Shown here: positions 28,665 to 38,750 of the stretch, piece by piece
Layout of the letters: each line of letters begins with the position of its first letter
Numbering within the stretch: position 1 is the first letter of the stretch
DNA from: an uncultured Spirochaetota bacterium
GTDB lineage: Bacteria; Spirochaetota; Brevinematia; Brevinematales; JAOACQ01
Direction of reading: 5' to 3'
Length of the DNA: 64,000 nucleotides
Assembly: GCA_963768055.1 (NCBI GenBank)
Contig: CAVYGN010000001.1
Coordinates: 704,001 to 768,000, forward strand
Program-made: the position numbers and the translations under genes
The notes under the pieces: model-generated
Database searches by the model: none
The model's input: the letters and a program-made list of their open reading frames with translations, nothing else
What the model was told of the DNA's origin: nothing

Positions 28665-29993
28665 ATGTATAAAAATTTCTTTTTTACTCTTTTTATTTCA
28701 TTTGTTATTACTGGACTGTTATGGCCGCAAAATATCGAAATGAAATCTGTAACAGTCGCTGGTTTCATTAACAAAGGCAAAGCAAATCAGGCTAATATAA
28801 ATATAATGATGGGAAAATCTTTATCTACTTTCCTGGCTAAAATATCAAAAAATATAACACCATTTAAAGATGTTGAAGAAACTGCTTTAAGCAATTCTTT
28901 TTGGAGTCAGAAAGAGTTAAAAAGCAGTCAGGCAATCAATATAGCCCAACAGTTTTCAACTGAACAAGTAATAACGGGCGATTATCTGGTTAATGATAGT
29001 GGAATTATTACCATCAACGTTTATGTTTATAATGTCATAAATGGAGATTTACTGTTTAAAAGGACTTATAAGGGAGATGCTGGCCCAGAAATCTTTGATA
29101 CTATCGATAAAATGATACTGGATGTATCAGGTCTTCTTGTTGGAAAAACAATTTCTCTGGGTTATTTACAAGTTTCTATAAAGCCTAAAGATGTGAATTA
29201 CAGGCTATTCATCAATGATTCTTTTGTTAAAGTGATAAACAATCAAAATGGATACTTTGACAAATTTATAGCAGGTCAATCCATAGATATCAGCCTTAAA
29301 TCAGAGAAATCTGATGATGAAGCAATGAGGAAAATTGTCGAGATTAAAGGAGGAAATACTAATGAATTAGATTTCAATCCTTCTGGGACATTAATGATAG
29401 AGGCAATGGAAGAGGGGTTTGATGTTTATTTAAACGGGGTGAAAAAAGGTAAAACTGACAGCTCGGGGGAATTTGTTATCTCAGGTGTTGAATCTGCCAA
29501 AGATAATGCCATTCAATTAAAAAAGGGTGATGCATTATTATCTGAAACGAATATTGTAATCAAAGAAGGAGCAACAAAAGCCATTATTTTTAAACTATCT
29601 GGAGCTCAACCAATTGAAAATAAACAAAACGATGAAATTGAAGTCTGGTCAAAATATCCAAATGGAATAAAATATGTTGCAAAAAAAAGCGGGATATATA
29701 AATTTGAATTTAACAGAGGGGCATATAGAGATCAAGCAGCCAATAATTGGGAAACTCTTATCCTAATTTATACAAATAGAAATATCGTTACAGAAAGTGG
29801 TTTTCCAGTAAGATTTGATTTTAAAATTGGCAGCGCTGTTTATGAATCAACCTTGGAAAAAGCGGAACAAAAAGCGATTGGCCAAAATATATCTATTGAG
29901 ATGCAGAAAAACGATTTTGTTATTTTTGTGGATAAGCCAATTAACTATAATAATAGCTTAGGTAGTGTTTATTTAACTGTAAATCTGGAATAA
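28665..29993 (+). CDS. Exported protein (TolB-N/PEGA-like beta domains possible)
   Basis: Signal peptide; VITGDY, DVYLNGVKKGKT; domain call tentative. Confidence 0.65.
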   Translation: MYKNFFFTLFISFVITGLLWPQNIEMKSVTVAGFINKGKANQANINIMMGKSLSTFLAKISKNITPFKDVEETALSNSFWSQKELKSSQAINIAQQFSTEQVITGDYLVNDSGIITINVYVYNVINGDLLFKRTYKGDAGPEIFDTIDKMILDVSGLLVGKTISLGYLQVSIKPKDVNYRLFINDSFVKVINNQNGYFDKFIAGQSIDISLKSEKSDDEAMRKIVEIKGGNTNELDFNPSGTLMIEAMEEGFDVYLNGVKKGKTDSSGEFVISGVESAKDNAIQLKKGDALLSETNIVIKEGATKAIIFKLSGAQPIENKQNDEIEVWSKYPNGIKYVAKKSGIYKFEFNRGAYRDQAANNWETLILIYTNRNIVTESGFPVRFDFKIGSAVYESTLEKAEQKAIGQNISIEMQKNDFVIFVDKPINYNNSLGSVYLTVNLE

Positions 29994-30031
29994 TATTAGA
30001 TTATTTTTAGTAATTTGATGATTTATTGCAA

Positions 30032-30238
30032 TTAATCCTCTGCCAATTCCAGCACTTTCTCACCCTGGAGCTTAGTTTTAAGGGTCTCCCTGATTATTTC
30101 ATCTGATGCAGGCGCTTCTAAGGTAAGGGTAGCGATATTTTGACCGTTATCCAGTATTTCAGTAAGACAGGTTTCATCAAACTGCTTGGTCTGTATCCAA
30201 TATAATCTCCCGCTGAATTCAATATAATGTGGCTGCAT
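30032..30238 (-). CDS. Small hypothetical protein
   Basis: 68 aa with a strong AAGGAGG RBS. Confidence 0.6.
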   Translation of the reverse strand: MQPHYIEFSGRLYWIQTKQFDETCLTEILDNGQNIATLTLEAPASDEIIRETLKTKLQGEKVLELAED

Positions 30239-30339
30239 ATTGCCCTCCTTGTGAAAATATCGGATAAATTTAAAATGGAATAAGGGGAAGATAAGGAGTC
30301 TGGCAAGCCAGAATAATCTTTTTGAGGCTATGAAAATTG

Positions 30340-30375
30340 GAAATTTTGATAAAAGCGCTAAGAGGGGATAGAATA
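30340..30375 (+). promoter_or_regulatory. P module
   Basis: gaaatt-TTGATA (30346)aaagcgctaagagggga-TAGAAT (30369). Confidence 0.8.
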
Positions 30376-30399
30376 AAGGAAATTTTAAGGGGATTAGAT

Positions 30400-30702
30400 A
30401 TGGTTAGAGTATTAGTTTTATATCCGAGAATTGAAGGCAAAAAGTTTGATTTTAATTATTACAAAAATCATCATATGAAATTGGTAAAAGAAAAATTAAA
30501 CCCTGTTAAAGTTGAGATTGATTTTGGGATTGTTAATCAGGAAAATCCATCACCATATATTGTGGTCAGCCACATGATTTTTGAATCACAAGAGCAGCTG
30601 ACAAATCGTTATAAGGAATTCTCAAAAATATTAAATGAGGATAAGCTGAAATTCACTGATATTGATATAATTAGACAGATAAGTGAAATAATTGATTTAT
30701 AG
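30400..30702 (+). CDS. EthD family reductase
   Basis: VLVLYP..FDFNYYKNHHMKLV..FTDI..QISE. Confidence 0.85.
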   Translation: MVRVLVLYPRIEGKKFDFNYYKNHHMKLVKEKLNPVKVEIDFGIVNQENPSPYIVVSHMIFESQEQLTNRYKEFSKILNEDKLKFTDIDIIRQISEIIDL

Positions 30703-30750
30703 GTTTTTTGTTCAAGTGTTTGAAAACCCGCATGTTCTTTTCCGAATAAA

Positions 30751-30786
30751 GAAATTTTGATAAATCAATGGGACGGTATTAGAATA
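30751..30786 (+). promoter_or_regulatory. P module
   Basis: TTGATA (30757)aatcaatgggacggtat-TAGAAT (30780). Confidence 0.8.
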
Positions 30787-30804
30787 ATGATTTGGATGGT
30801 TCAA

Positions 30805-31170
30805 ATGAATAATAATTATCACGGAATAATACTTAATGTGAGTCAAGTAAACCAGTCAATATTTAATTCTTTAAAGATTATTGGAAAACTTAAAGTAAAA
30901 AATTCAAATTGGATATTGTATAAGGTTGAAATTAATCCTAATGATTTAGATGTTATAACATTAATCCTGCAAGAAAACATGAATGAAAATAAATTTTATT
31001 TCCATTTCTATAGAAATAATGAATTAATTATTGTATTTAAAAATCGAATATTTAAAATATCAACAGAGAAATCAACCTGGTCAGAAGCTATAGAATATGG
31101 AAAATCACTTGCAATTCCGGAAAAGCAGCTTGATTTTGTGCCCAATAGAATTGAAGATGAAACATATTAA
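30805..31170 (+). CDS. Hypothetical protein
   Basis: ORF between P and R; FYFHFY..IIVFK..W..AIEYG..IP..QLDF; start uncertain. Confidence 0.7.
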   Translation: MNNNYHGIILNVSQVNQSIFNSLKIIGKLKVKNSNWILYKVEINPNDLDVITLILQENMNENKFYFHFYRNNELIIVFKNRIFKISTEKSTWSEAIEYGKSLAIPEKQLDFVPNRIEDETY

Positions 31171-31175
31171 ATTTT

Positions 31176-31206
31176 GCTCTTCCGCTCCATTTGCTCAGCT
31201 TGCTGC
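31176..31206 (+). repeat. R intergenic element
   Basis: gctcttccgctccatttgctcagcttgctgc, 5 nt after the stop. Confidence 0.7.
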
Positions 31207-31659
31207 GGTTTGGGAGAATAAATGAATTGAAGTTATGGCGGCTTTGAATGAATGAACAAGAGAAATCCGTATTAATTCAAGATTATCAAAACAAGATCCA
31301 TCAATTATTAGAATTAATTATAAACACATCGGATGAAGAATTGGATTATAGACCTCAAAGTTATTTTTGGACAATACGGGAACATACAGCTCATGTTATG
31401 GATTGTGAAATTTTTGGATTTGCACGATATAGAAAATCGATAGCAGAACCGAATTCCCGAGTAGAGGGTTTTAATCAGGATTCATTACAATCAAATCCGG
31501 ATTATTCTAAAATGGATATTTTTAAAGCAACTCAAATAATTCAAATTTTAAATGAAATAACTATAAATCATCTATTATCCATTGTAGATAAAGACTGGAA
31601 TAAATTTTATATCAATCATCCTGAAAGCGGTTTTTGTCAAGGGAGTTGTCGCTTTTATT

Positions 31660-32688
31660 TTACGCCGCAACCAACGATTCCTTGTTAGTCTTACTCGGGT
31701 TTAAAAATACCGATTCTATCCGTTCCCATTTTTTAGATTCTCCTGACCATCTTTCAGGATGTCTGCTTTTTGCAGCCGCATAAGTTTCCGCTCTCTTCAG
31801 GAGTATCGCCTTATCTTTACCTTCATGTCTCTGTGCTGGTGTGACATATCCGATCCCTGAATGAAGATGTTTATTATTATACCAGTCTACAAAATTTTGC
31901 ATCCATATTTCTACCGATTCCATTGTCTCGAAATTGCCTGGGTATTTCACATTATATTTCAATGTTTTAAACAATGATTCTGAGTAAGGGTTATCGTTAC
32001 TTACACTCGGCCTTGAAAACGACGGCATAACCTGTAACCTCTGCAAGGTCGCTAACATCGTAGCCCCTTTCATAGGAGAACCATTATCAGAATGTAAATA
32101 CAAGCCTTTCAAATCAATGGTTTCTCCGATCTCTGCCACCATTCTTGCGGCATGATCAGAGCTTTCCTCCTCGTGCATTTTCCAGCCGACTATCTTACGG
32201 CTCCAGACATCTTCGATCATATAGAGGTAGAAATACTTACCTTTTATATGACTGGATATATATGTAATATCCCAACTCCATACCTGATTAGGACCCGTCG
32301 CTTCCAGTTCTCTTGGCGTTTTCCTTGCCGTTTTCGGCTTCGTTTCGTATCTATGGTGCAGCAAATCATTGTCCTTTAAAACGCGGTAAAAAGATGATTC
32401 TGATGCTATATACCGACCTTCCTCTGCCAGCATGGGCACTATTTCATTCGGCGTCATATCTCTAAATCTCTCGCTGCAACAGCAGGAGATGATCTCCTCC
32501 CTTTCTTCGGCCGACAGGGCATTTGAAGGCATTACATTTCTCAATTTTCTTCTGTCTCCCTCAAGATTTTTATTCCAGCGCTGTATGGTCCTTATATCAT
32601 AGCCAGATTCTTCACAAGCCTTATCCCTGCTGGCCCCTGTCGTAACAGCCTCATTAATCAAGGCACAGATATCTATGCGTATATCCAA
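31660..32688 (-). CDS. IS3 transposase OrfB
   Basis: Protein identical to the other copies. Confidence 0.95.
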   Translation of the reverse strand: MDIRIDICALINEAVTTGASRDKACEESGYDIRTIQRWNKNLEGDRRKLRNVMPSNALSAEEREEIISCCCSERFRDMTPNEIVPMLAEEGRYIASESSFYRVLKDNDLLHHRYETKPKTARKTPRELEATGPNQVWSWDITYISSHIKGKYFYLYMIEDVWSRKIVGWKMHEEESSDHAARMVAEIGETIDLKGLYLHSDNGSPMKGATMLATLQRLQVMPSFSRPSVSNDNPYSESLFKTLKYNVKYPGNFETMESVEIWMQNFVDWYNNKHLHSGIGYVTPAQRHEGKDKAILLKRAETYAAAKSRHPERWSGESKKWERIESVFLNPSKTNKESLVAA

Positions 32689-32693
32689 TGGAG

Positions 32694-33176
32694 TTAATCT
32701 TCCTCGATCCCGAACAGCTTGTTCAGTTTTTTTTTAAGCACCAGCAGAGAAGTAACCTCGGCTATAGTTTTATCCTTACGGTTAATTTCTTTTTCTAACT
32801 CTATGATTTTTGCTTTCAAACCCTTGTTTTCTTCTCTGTATGAGTTATTAGATATCACTGATAAACACTCCTGTTTCCAGAGTTCGATATGAGTCGACTG
32901 GAGACCATTTTTTCTCAACCACTGTCCTAACTCTTCTCCCGATTGGCTTGCTGCGTCTACTACCGCCTGATATTTATCAGATAATTTCCAGCCTCTCGGG
33001 CTTCTATCCTGGAATCCTCTGGATACATTATTCTGGATCATTTTCCTCCAGTTGTAAAGGGTTTGTTCACATACTCCTATTTCCTGGCTCAGTTCAGATA
33101 CTGTTTTTCCTCCTGGCATACACATCTTTTGAACGATAGATTTCCTGAATTCCTCTGAACGAATTTGACTATTCAT
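32694..33176 (-). CDS. IS3 transposase OrfA
   Basis: Protein identical to the other copies. Confidence 0.9.
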   Translation of the reverse strand: MNSQIRSEEFRKSIVQKMCMPGGKTVSELSQEIGVCEQTLYNWRKMIQNNVSRGFQDRSPRGWKLSDKYQAVVDAASQSGEELGQWLRKNGLQSTHIELWKQECLSVISNNSYREENKGLKAKIIELEKEINRKDKTIAEVTSLLVLKKKLNKLFGIEED

Positions 33177-33336
33177 TTTTTGTCTCCTAATATTTTAGGC
33201 GACAACTATCCTAACACACGGGGAAAGAGGGAATGAAAATCTTGAAAAGCTAATAGATAGAAGGATTAACCATACTATTGAGCATATTGAGTATATTAAA
33301 AGGAATAAAACATTGTTCAGAAAATAAACAGGTTGA

Positions 33337-33376
33337 GCTCTTCCGTTCCTCTGTTTTGCCTATGAGGATGGGGGGT
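33337..33376 (+). repeat. R intergenic element (hairpin form)
   Basis: gctcttccgttcctctgttttgcctatgaggatggggggt. Confidence 0.8.
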
Positions 33377-33401
33377 GAAGGAATGATTCAAGAGGTGGTA
33401 A

Positions 33402-33860
33402 ATGGTGTATCAAATAATCAATATGAAAAATTATTCAGGCGGACTTGTTGAAGGCATAAAATATTATCATAGTAAATGGGGTAATCATAGTAACTATAGT
33501 TTCTTTTTTGATGCGATTTCTCATTCAACAAACTCTAAATATGGTCTACCAAGGTTTTATTTATTAATCAAAAATGATAAAATTATTGGCTGCTGCGGTT
33601 TAATTATTAATGATTTTATCAGTCGTCATGATTTGTATCCTTGGCTTGCAGGCGTTTTCATAGAAGAAAATGAAAGAGGTCAGGGTTTAGGGAACATTAT
33701 TATAAAACATACTGAAAACGAAGCAAAAAATGCCGGATATTCAACGATTTACCTTACTACTAAACTTGATGGTTATTATGAGAAATATGGTTGGAAAAGA
33801 ACTGATGATGGGTATTATCTATCAGGTGAAATAACAAGAATATATATGAAGGAATTATAA
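33402..33860 (+). CDS. GNAT acetyltransferase
   Basis: PWLAGVFIEENERGQGLG, YYEKYGW. Confidence 0.9.
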   Translation: MVYQIINMKNYSGGLVEGIKYYHSKWGNHSNYSFFFDAISHSTNSKYGLPRFYLLIKNDKIIGCCGLIINDFISRHDLYPWLAGVFIEENERGQGLGNIIIKHTENEAKNAGYSTIYLTTKLDGYYEKYGWKRTDDGYYLSGEITRIYMKEL

Positions 33861-33864
33861 ATAA

Positions 33865-33952
33865 TATTCTTCCTTTCCCTTGCTTCCCTTCCCATTTTCC
33901 AGCATTGCCAGACAAATGAATTATTGATAAATCAATGGGACGGGATTAGAAT
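33865..33952 (+). repeat. Full R-linker-P element
   Basis: tattcttcctttcccttgc..ttccagcattgccagacaaatgaa..TTGATA (33924)-N17-TAGAAT (33947). Confidence 0.85.
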
Positions 33953-33967
33953 TAATGGAGGTTGCAG

Positions 33968-34438
33968 ATGGTTATAACTGTATTGTATTTTATTGGCTTA
34001 ATATTTGGGATAATTGCTGTTAAAATTACAGGAGGACATATAACGACTCAAGGTATTGCAACTATAATGTTGCAATATTTTTTTCTTATTAGTGTAGGGT
34101 TAACATCAGTAATAGCATTTTTTGGACATGTTTTTAGTGGAGAAACTTCAGCAAAACTCCTTGGCTGGCAGTCTAATAATCCGTTTCAAAAGGAAGTGGG
34201 GTTTTGGGATTTAGCAGGAGGAGTTGGGGCTATTTTATGTTTTTGGATACATGGTGAATTTTGGTTAGCAATAATAATAATTACTACAATATTTTGGACA
34301 CTTGCCGGGGTATTACATTTACAACATGTATTCAGAAATAAAAATTATCATATAGATAATTTGCTTCCATCAATTATGGATTTTATTATTCCAGCGACGC
34401 TTATTATTCTTTACATATTCAGTGGACCTATTGTGTAA
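33968..34438 (+). CDS. Conserved membrane protein (DUF6790-like)
   Basis: LGW..NPFQKEVGF motif, several TM segments; GGAGG RBS. Confidence 0.7.
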   Translation: MVITVLYFIGLIFGIIAVKITGGHITTQGIATIMLQYFFLISVGLTSVIAFFGHVFSGETSAKLLGWQSNNPFQKEVGFWDLAGGVGAILCFWIHGEFWLAIIIITTIFWTLAGVLHLQHVFRNKNYHIDNLLPSIMDFIIPATLIILYIFSGPIV

Positions 34439-34450
34439 AGGATAGTTGTC

Positions 34451-34481
34451 GTCTTCCGTTCCCCTGCGCCTGCTATGAGGG
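34451..34481 (+). repeat. Last R intergenic element
   Basis: gtcttccgttcccctgcgcctgctatgaggg. Confidence 0.75.
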
Positions 34482-34512
34482 CAGCCTGTTCGGCTGTTTC
34501 GGGTCTGCGTTC

Positions 34513-34547
34513 GAGTTGCCTTCTTCGTTTGAAGAGGAAGGCAACTC
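34513..34547. terminator. Strong hairpin at the end of the array
   Basis: gagttgccttc / gaaggcaactc 11-bp stem. Confidence 0.5.
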
Positions 34548-34745
34548 TCACTTGACCATTTCACGTTGATTACATTTTGGGTATATTATTCCTTACTTTC
34601 TTGCTTTTGGTATATATTTGCTAAATAAAGCCAAGGAAGGGATTATGAAGATCATGACCAAATGATCGCCGATTTATTCAGGACCGTAATGGGATCGATT
34701 TGTGCATAAAGAATCTGACTGTTGCCTTATTGGAAAAGAGATTTA

Positions 34746-35477
34746 CTATCTGTTTTCAATATTTTTTAATATTACTATATTTGTACTTTTATTATCTTCA
34801 GGACCTTCATATTTTACAAATAAATTGTCCTTCGATCTGTACCAGTAATAATATTTGTAGGGCCAGAATGAAGATTCCATTGCGCCGTTAAGGCCCAGTT
34901 CATATTTTATAGTATTCTCTTTTTTTCCCAGAATATCCAATACTTCCTCGCCGATTTCTTTTAAATACATTCCCACAATTCTGTTATTCATTGACAGCAG
35001 CAAATTGAAATTAAAGACTGTGCCGGTATTGGGAAGGTAGTGTGAAAATTGGAAACCTAAGGTATTGTTCTGATCCAATAAATTTGTTCTCATATCGTAT
35101 TGAACATTATATATTCCGGAAAGCTTAATTTTATTGGATTCAGGATTGTAAGAAACTTCCAGTATCCTTTCCCCGTTTGAATTATATGTCGTTTGTTTGT
35201 CCAATCTGAAATCAGGGTAATAAGAGATTTTTTCCATTTTATTATCTTGATTTAATACCGTAAAGTTGATCTCTTTATTTTTATTGGTTTCGATCAAATA
35301 ATAAATATATTTTTCACTATTATTGATAAACGACGAATACTTCAGCAATAAATCTTTACCCCATGAAGAGCTAACGATAAAACATAAAGCGGTTAAAGCC
35401 CCTATAATATACTTAACTTTGTGAATTATAAAATTCCCCCTGTTTACCATTACATTGGTCAAAAGCTGTTTTTTCAT
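34746..35477 (-). CDS. Exported hypothetical protein
   Basis: 243-aa ORF with a signal-like segment. Confidence 0.65.
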   Translation of the reverse strand: MKKQLLTNVMVNRGNFIIHKVKYIIGALTALCFIVSSSWGKDLLLKYSSFINNSEKYIYYLIETNKNKEINFTVLNQDNKMEKISYYPDFRLDKQTTYNSNGERILEVSYNPESNKIKLSGIYNVQYDMRTNLLDQNNTLGFQFSHYLPNTGTVFNFNLLLSMNNRIVGMYLKEIGEEVLDILGKKENTIKYELGLNGAMESSFWPYKYYYWYRSKDNLFVKYEGPEDNKSTNIVILKNIENR

Positions 35478-35655
35478 AATATTAAGGCAACTTAATGATA
35501 AAAGGTTGCCGTTTTATAAAAATTGTTTTGCCTGTCATTGCAGGCAATATATTTGACGAATTATATGCATTGAATTATGATAAATCAAATTAAGGGTATA
35601 GTCAAATTGTAGCCGTTTTACAAGGTTCCGGGATAAAGTCTTAGAGGATTGATGA

Positions 35656-37962
35656 ATGGAGAATAACACGCCGGCACAATCCGACAAAACCCATGCCATA
35701 CTTACCGGCATTTCCGTTTTCCTAGTGTCTTTCGCTTCTCTTTTTTTCGAGATAACATTTCCCCGCATTCTGCTTTTTATACGGTACTACAATGCCATTA
35801 CTATTATTCCTGCGGCCATGCTCGGCATGGGGGCAGGCGCGGTATTTTCCTATCTCATGGGCAAAAGCCGGATAGCGCATTTTATTTTCCTTCTCATTTT
35901 CCCTTTTTCGGTTTTCCTCTCTTTTTATGTCCTGATCTTTTACGATAAGCAAATATATATCATATTATCAGCCTCATTCGTGTTTTTTATTTCAAGCGTT
36001 ATTATTACTTATTTTTTTATCATCGGCCGTTCAAACAGGATTTATTTTTACAGCCTGGCCGGCGCGGGTCTCGGAGTGGCGGTATCGTTTTTTATCTTTC
36101 CAATGATCGGCGGGGAGAACAGCATCATCCTCAGCGCAGTTATAGCTTCATTATCCGGGGTAACGGCATGCTTAAGCAAAATCTCTTTCCCGAGATTCCG
36201 CTTCATAGCAGCAGGATTTCAGATACTGATTTTTGCAATTATTGCATCGGTATTTGCTTATAATCTCTCTACGGACAGGATCGATATCATCAGCATGATG
36301 CCGCTTTCCGCCAAAGGCGACCAGGATCCCCTCCTCACGGCTCATGGCATCCTCAAGGATAAAACCAGCGTCCATCTTTATAAAAAATGGAGCCTTATTT
36401 CGCGTATAGACGCCGTCTCGACTTCAAAAAAACTTTGGGACAGCCCGTACAATGGAAGAAGGGTTTATCTTTATCAAAACGATTTATACTTTAGTTATGT
36501 CCCGGTTTCGGACATTGCGCATTTCAGGCAGCCCGCCTATATTTTGTTCAAGGAACCCAAGTCATTGATCATGGGTACCGGCGGAGGGGCAGATATCGCT
36601 GTAGCCCGTGGAAATAATAGCAAAAGACCTGTAGGCGTAGAGATCGATCCCGCCATTGTGGATATTATGCGCAAGGAACTCAGCAAAACAAGCTCTAATG
36701 TATACGGCCAGGCGGATATCAGCGTCATCGACGGCCGGGCATTTGTCAAAAATTACAGGAACGCCTATGATGTAATCCTTATGAATTTCACCGATCTTAA
36801 TATCGCGTTCCCTAATTCGCAGGTCTTTATGGAATATTATCTCTATACTGTTGAAGCGCTCCGTGATTATCTTGCCGCGCTGACCGATAACGGAGTTGTT
36901 TATATAAATAAATGGGTGTCTGTCGGCAGGGGAAGGAAGCCCGAACTCCTCCGGCTTACCGCTACAGCGCTGGAAGCTCTTGAAAAATCAGGCTGTAAAG
37001 ATCCCCAAAAGCATCTTTTTATTGCATCCGAAAATCCTAAGAAATCTCTTGTATTCCCGGGTGCGATAAGAGGCTTTCTCCTTATGAAAAAATCGCCGTT
37101 CACGGCCGCCCAGATCGCGGAATTAAAGCAATGCATCGAGAATACGCATACAGTGCTTTATCCGGCGAGTGAATTCATTGAAAACAATTCATTTTCGTAC
37201 CTGATCGATTCAAAAAACAGGGATAATATTATAAATGAATTCAGGAACGATATTCATCCCACCCATGACGATAAACCTTACTTTAATGAATTCGATAAAA
37301 AACACACTTTCGCAGGAAATGTGGCAAAGGATTTCATTAATCTGATGCTGCTTTTAATCTGCCTTCCGGTTTTGCTTATCATTTTTATTGACAGAAACCT
37401 CAGGAAAATAAAAACCCCGCTCTTTGCCCTGTTTTTCGCATGCACCGGCCTCTCTTTTATGTTTTTTGAAACATTCCTTATCCAGAAATTCAATCTTGTG
37501 CTTGGAAGTCCCATTTACTCGCTGACTTTTAATGTCGGTGCGATACTTCTTTCGGCCGGTATCGGCGGATATTACAGCGCAAAGTTTAACAAAAAAATTT
37601 CAATGATTCTTGTAGCGCTGATCCCTTTTGTGCTTTTCGCTTATTATTTCCTGATAAACGGTTTCGCTTATAATTTACTGAACCTTCCCCTGGCGCTGAG
37701 ATTGCTGCTGTCCGGTATATCTCTGTTCCCGGTATTTTTCCTGCTCGGGATCCCTTTCCCGGGCATTATCGCAAAAGCAAAAGAGGTCTTTAGCGACAGA
37801 TCTGTCGGTATAATGTATGCTGTCGATGCAAGCTTTTCGACTTTCGCCGTCGTTTCTTCCATTATTATTTCAATGATCTTCGGATTTTCATCTCTGCTGA
37901 TTTTATCGGCGATCGTTTACTCTTTAACGGCGATATTATACATTATTATAAAAGAAGTGTAA
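35656..37962 (+). CDS. Membrane protein with spermidine-synthase-like SAM domain
   Basis: TM flanks; MGTGGGADI, GVEIDP, DGRAFV, YLYTVEA, PTHDDKPYF. Confidence 0.85.
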   Translation: MENNTPAQSDKTHAILTGISVFLVSFASLFFEITFPRILLFIRYYNAITIIPAAMLGMGAGAVFSYLMGKSRIAHFIFLLIFPFSVFLSFYVLIFYDKQIYIILSASFVFFISSVIITYFFIIGRSNRIYFYSLAGAGLGVAVSFFIFPMIGGENSIILSAVIASLSGVTACLSKISFPRFRFIAAGFQILIFAIIASVFAYNLSTDRIDIISMMPLSAKGDQDPLLTAHGILKDKTSVHLYKKWSLISRIDAVSTSKKLWDSPYNGRRVYLYQNDLYFSYVPVSDIAHFRQPAYILFKEPKSLIMGTGGGADIAVARGNNSKRPVGVEIDPAIVDIMRKELSKTSSNVYGQADISVIDGRAFVKNYRNAYDVILMNFTDLNIAFPNSQVFMEYYLYTVEALRDYLAALTDNGVVYINKWVSVGRGRKPELLRLTATALEALEKSGCKDPQKHLFIASENPKKSLVFPGAIRGFLLMKKSPFTAAQIAELKQCIENTHTVLYPASEFIENNSFSYLIDSKNRDNIINEFRNDIHPTHDDKPYFNEFDKKHTFAGNVAKDFINLMLLLICLPVLLIIFIDRNLRKIKTPLFALFFACTGLSFMFFETFLIQKFNLVLGSPIYSLTFNVGAILLSAGIGGYYSAKFNKKISMILVALIPFVLFAYYFLINGFAYNLLNLPLALRLLLSGISLFPVFFLLGIPFPGIIAKAKEVFSDRSVGIMYAVDASFSTFAVVSSIIISMIFGFSSLLILSAIVYSLTAILYIIIKEV

Positions 37963-38156
37963 TCGGACAATTTCTTTATTTTGAGCTTGCCGGCTAGAAA
38001 ACGTTCATGCTTCAACCTTATCAGGAAATAACCCAAAACCCGGTCGTATTTTAATCTTGAATCCATTGACAAAAATTCTAAATTTATTAGAATATTCAAG
38101 GAATATCGGACTATTTTTCCGGGTATTTCTTATTAGATCAACGAAGGATAATTCAC

Positions 38157-38723
38157 ATGATTGAAATTAAAGGTTCGGTCATCAATGACGCTATAATTGC
38201 AATTAAGAAAAGAAGCGGAGATAAAATTTATAATAAAATTATCAGCCTCTTAGATGAACAATCAAAAAAGTTGTTTACGAGCGAGATATTTGCGTCAGAA
38301 TGGTTCCCATTGGATTCCTTTATAAAATTTCTTGAACTGGATATAAAATTATCCATAAATGGCAATGAAAAGGTTTTAGAATTTCGAGCGGAGGATTTAA
38401 TTGAAAAACAATTAAACGGCATTTATAAATCCTTTGTTAAATACGGATCTCCGGAATTTGTTATAGATAATTGTATTTCGGTTATGCATAAAAGTTATTT
38501 CAATGGCGTCTCGATTGAAAAGAAAATGGAAGGATTGAATAAAGCAAGAATTAAATATATTGGTTTTGAAAAACGGCATAGGCTTATTGAATATTGCATT
38601 ATCGGTTTTTATAAAAAGGCTTTAAAAGTATCAAGGGCAAAAAATATTCGGGCTGAATTTATAACTTCAATAGAAGAAAACAAGGGTTATTGCGAACTTG
38701 AAATTTCATGGATTGGGAAATAA
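38157..38723 (+). CDS. Hypothetical protein (V4R/H-NOX-like fold possible)
   Basis: IKGS..WFP..SPEFV..GFY..CELEISW pattern. Confidence 0.6.
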   Translation: MIEIKGSVINDAIIAIKKRSGDKIYNKIISLLDEQSKKLFTSEIFASEWFPLDSFIKFLELDIKLSINGNEKVLEFRAEDLIEKQLNGIYKSFVKYGSPEFVIDNCISVMHKSYFNGVSIEKKMEGLNKARIKYIGFEKRHRLIEYCIIGFYKKALKVSRAKNIRAEFITSIEENKGYCELEISWIGK

Positions 38724-38750
38724 TAAATTTTCAATCCGGCAGGCGGAGTT

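Larger units (their letters stand above)
31628..33223 (-). mobile_element. IS3-family element, copy 3
   Basis: Same length, ends and translated ORFs as copy 1; duplication aaag. Confidence 0.95.
31248..33327 (+). pseudogene. DinB family protein interrupted by IS3
   Basis: WTIREHTAH; rejoined frame ..HPE|RGNENLEKLIDRRINHTIEHIEYIKRNKTLFRK stop. Confidence 0.85.

Noticed and set aside
554..34481. CRISPR array interpretation of the R repeats
   Set aside because: The repeats are degenerate and separated by whole genes, not 30-40 nt spacers; no cas genes are present.
5113..34481. R as plain rho-independent terminators
   Set aside because: No U-tract follows the hairpins, the primary sequence is conserved, and promoterless genes follow the short forms.
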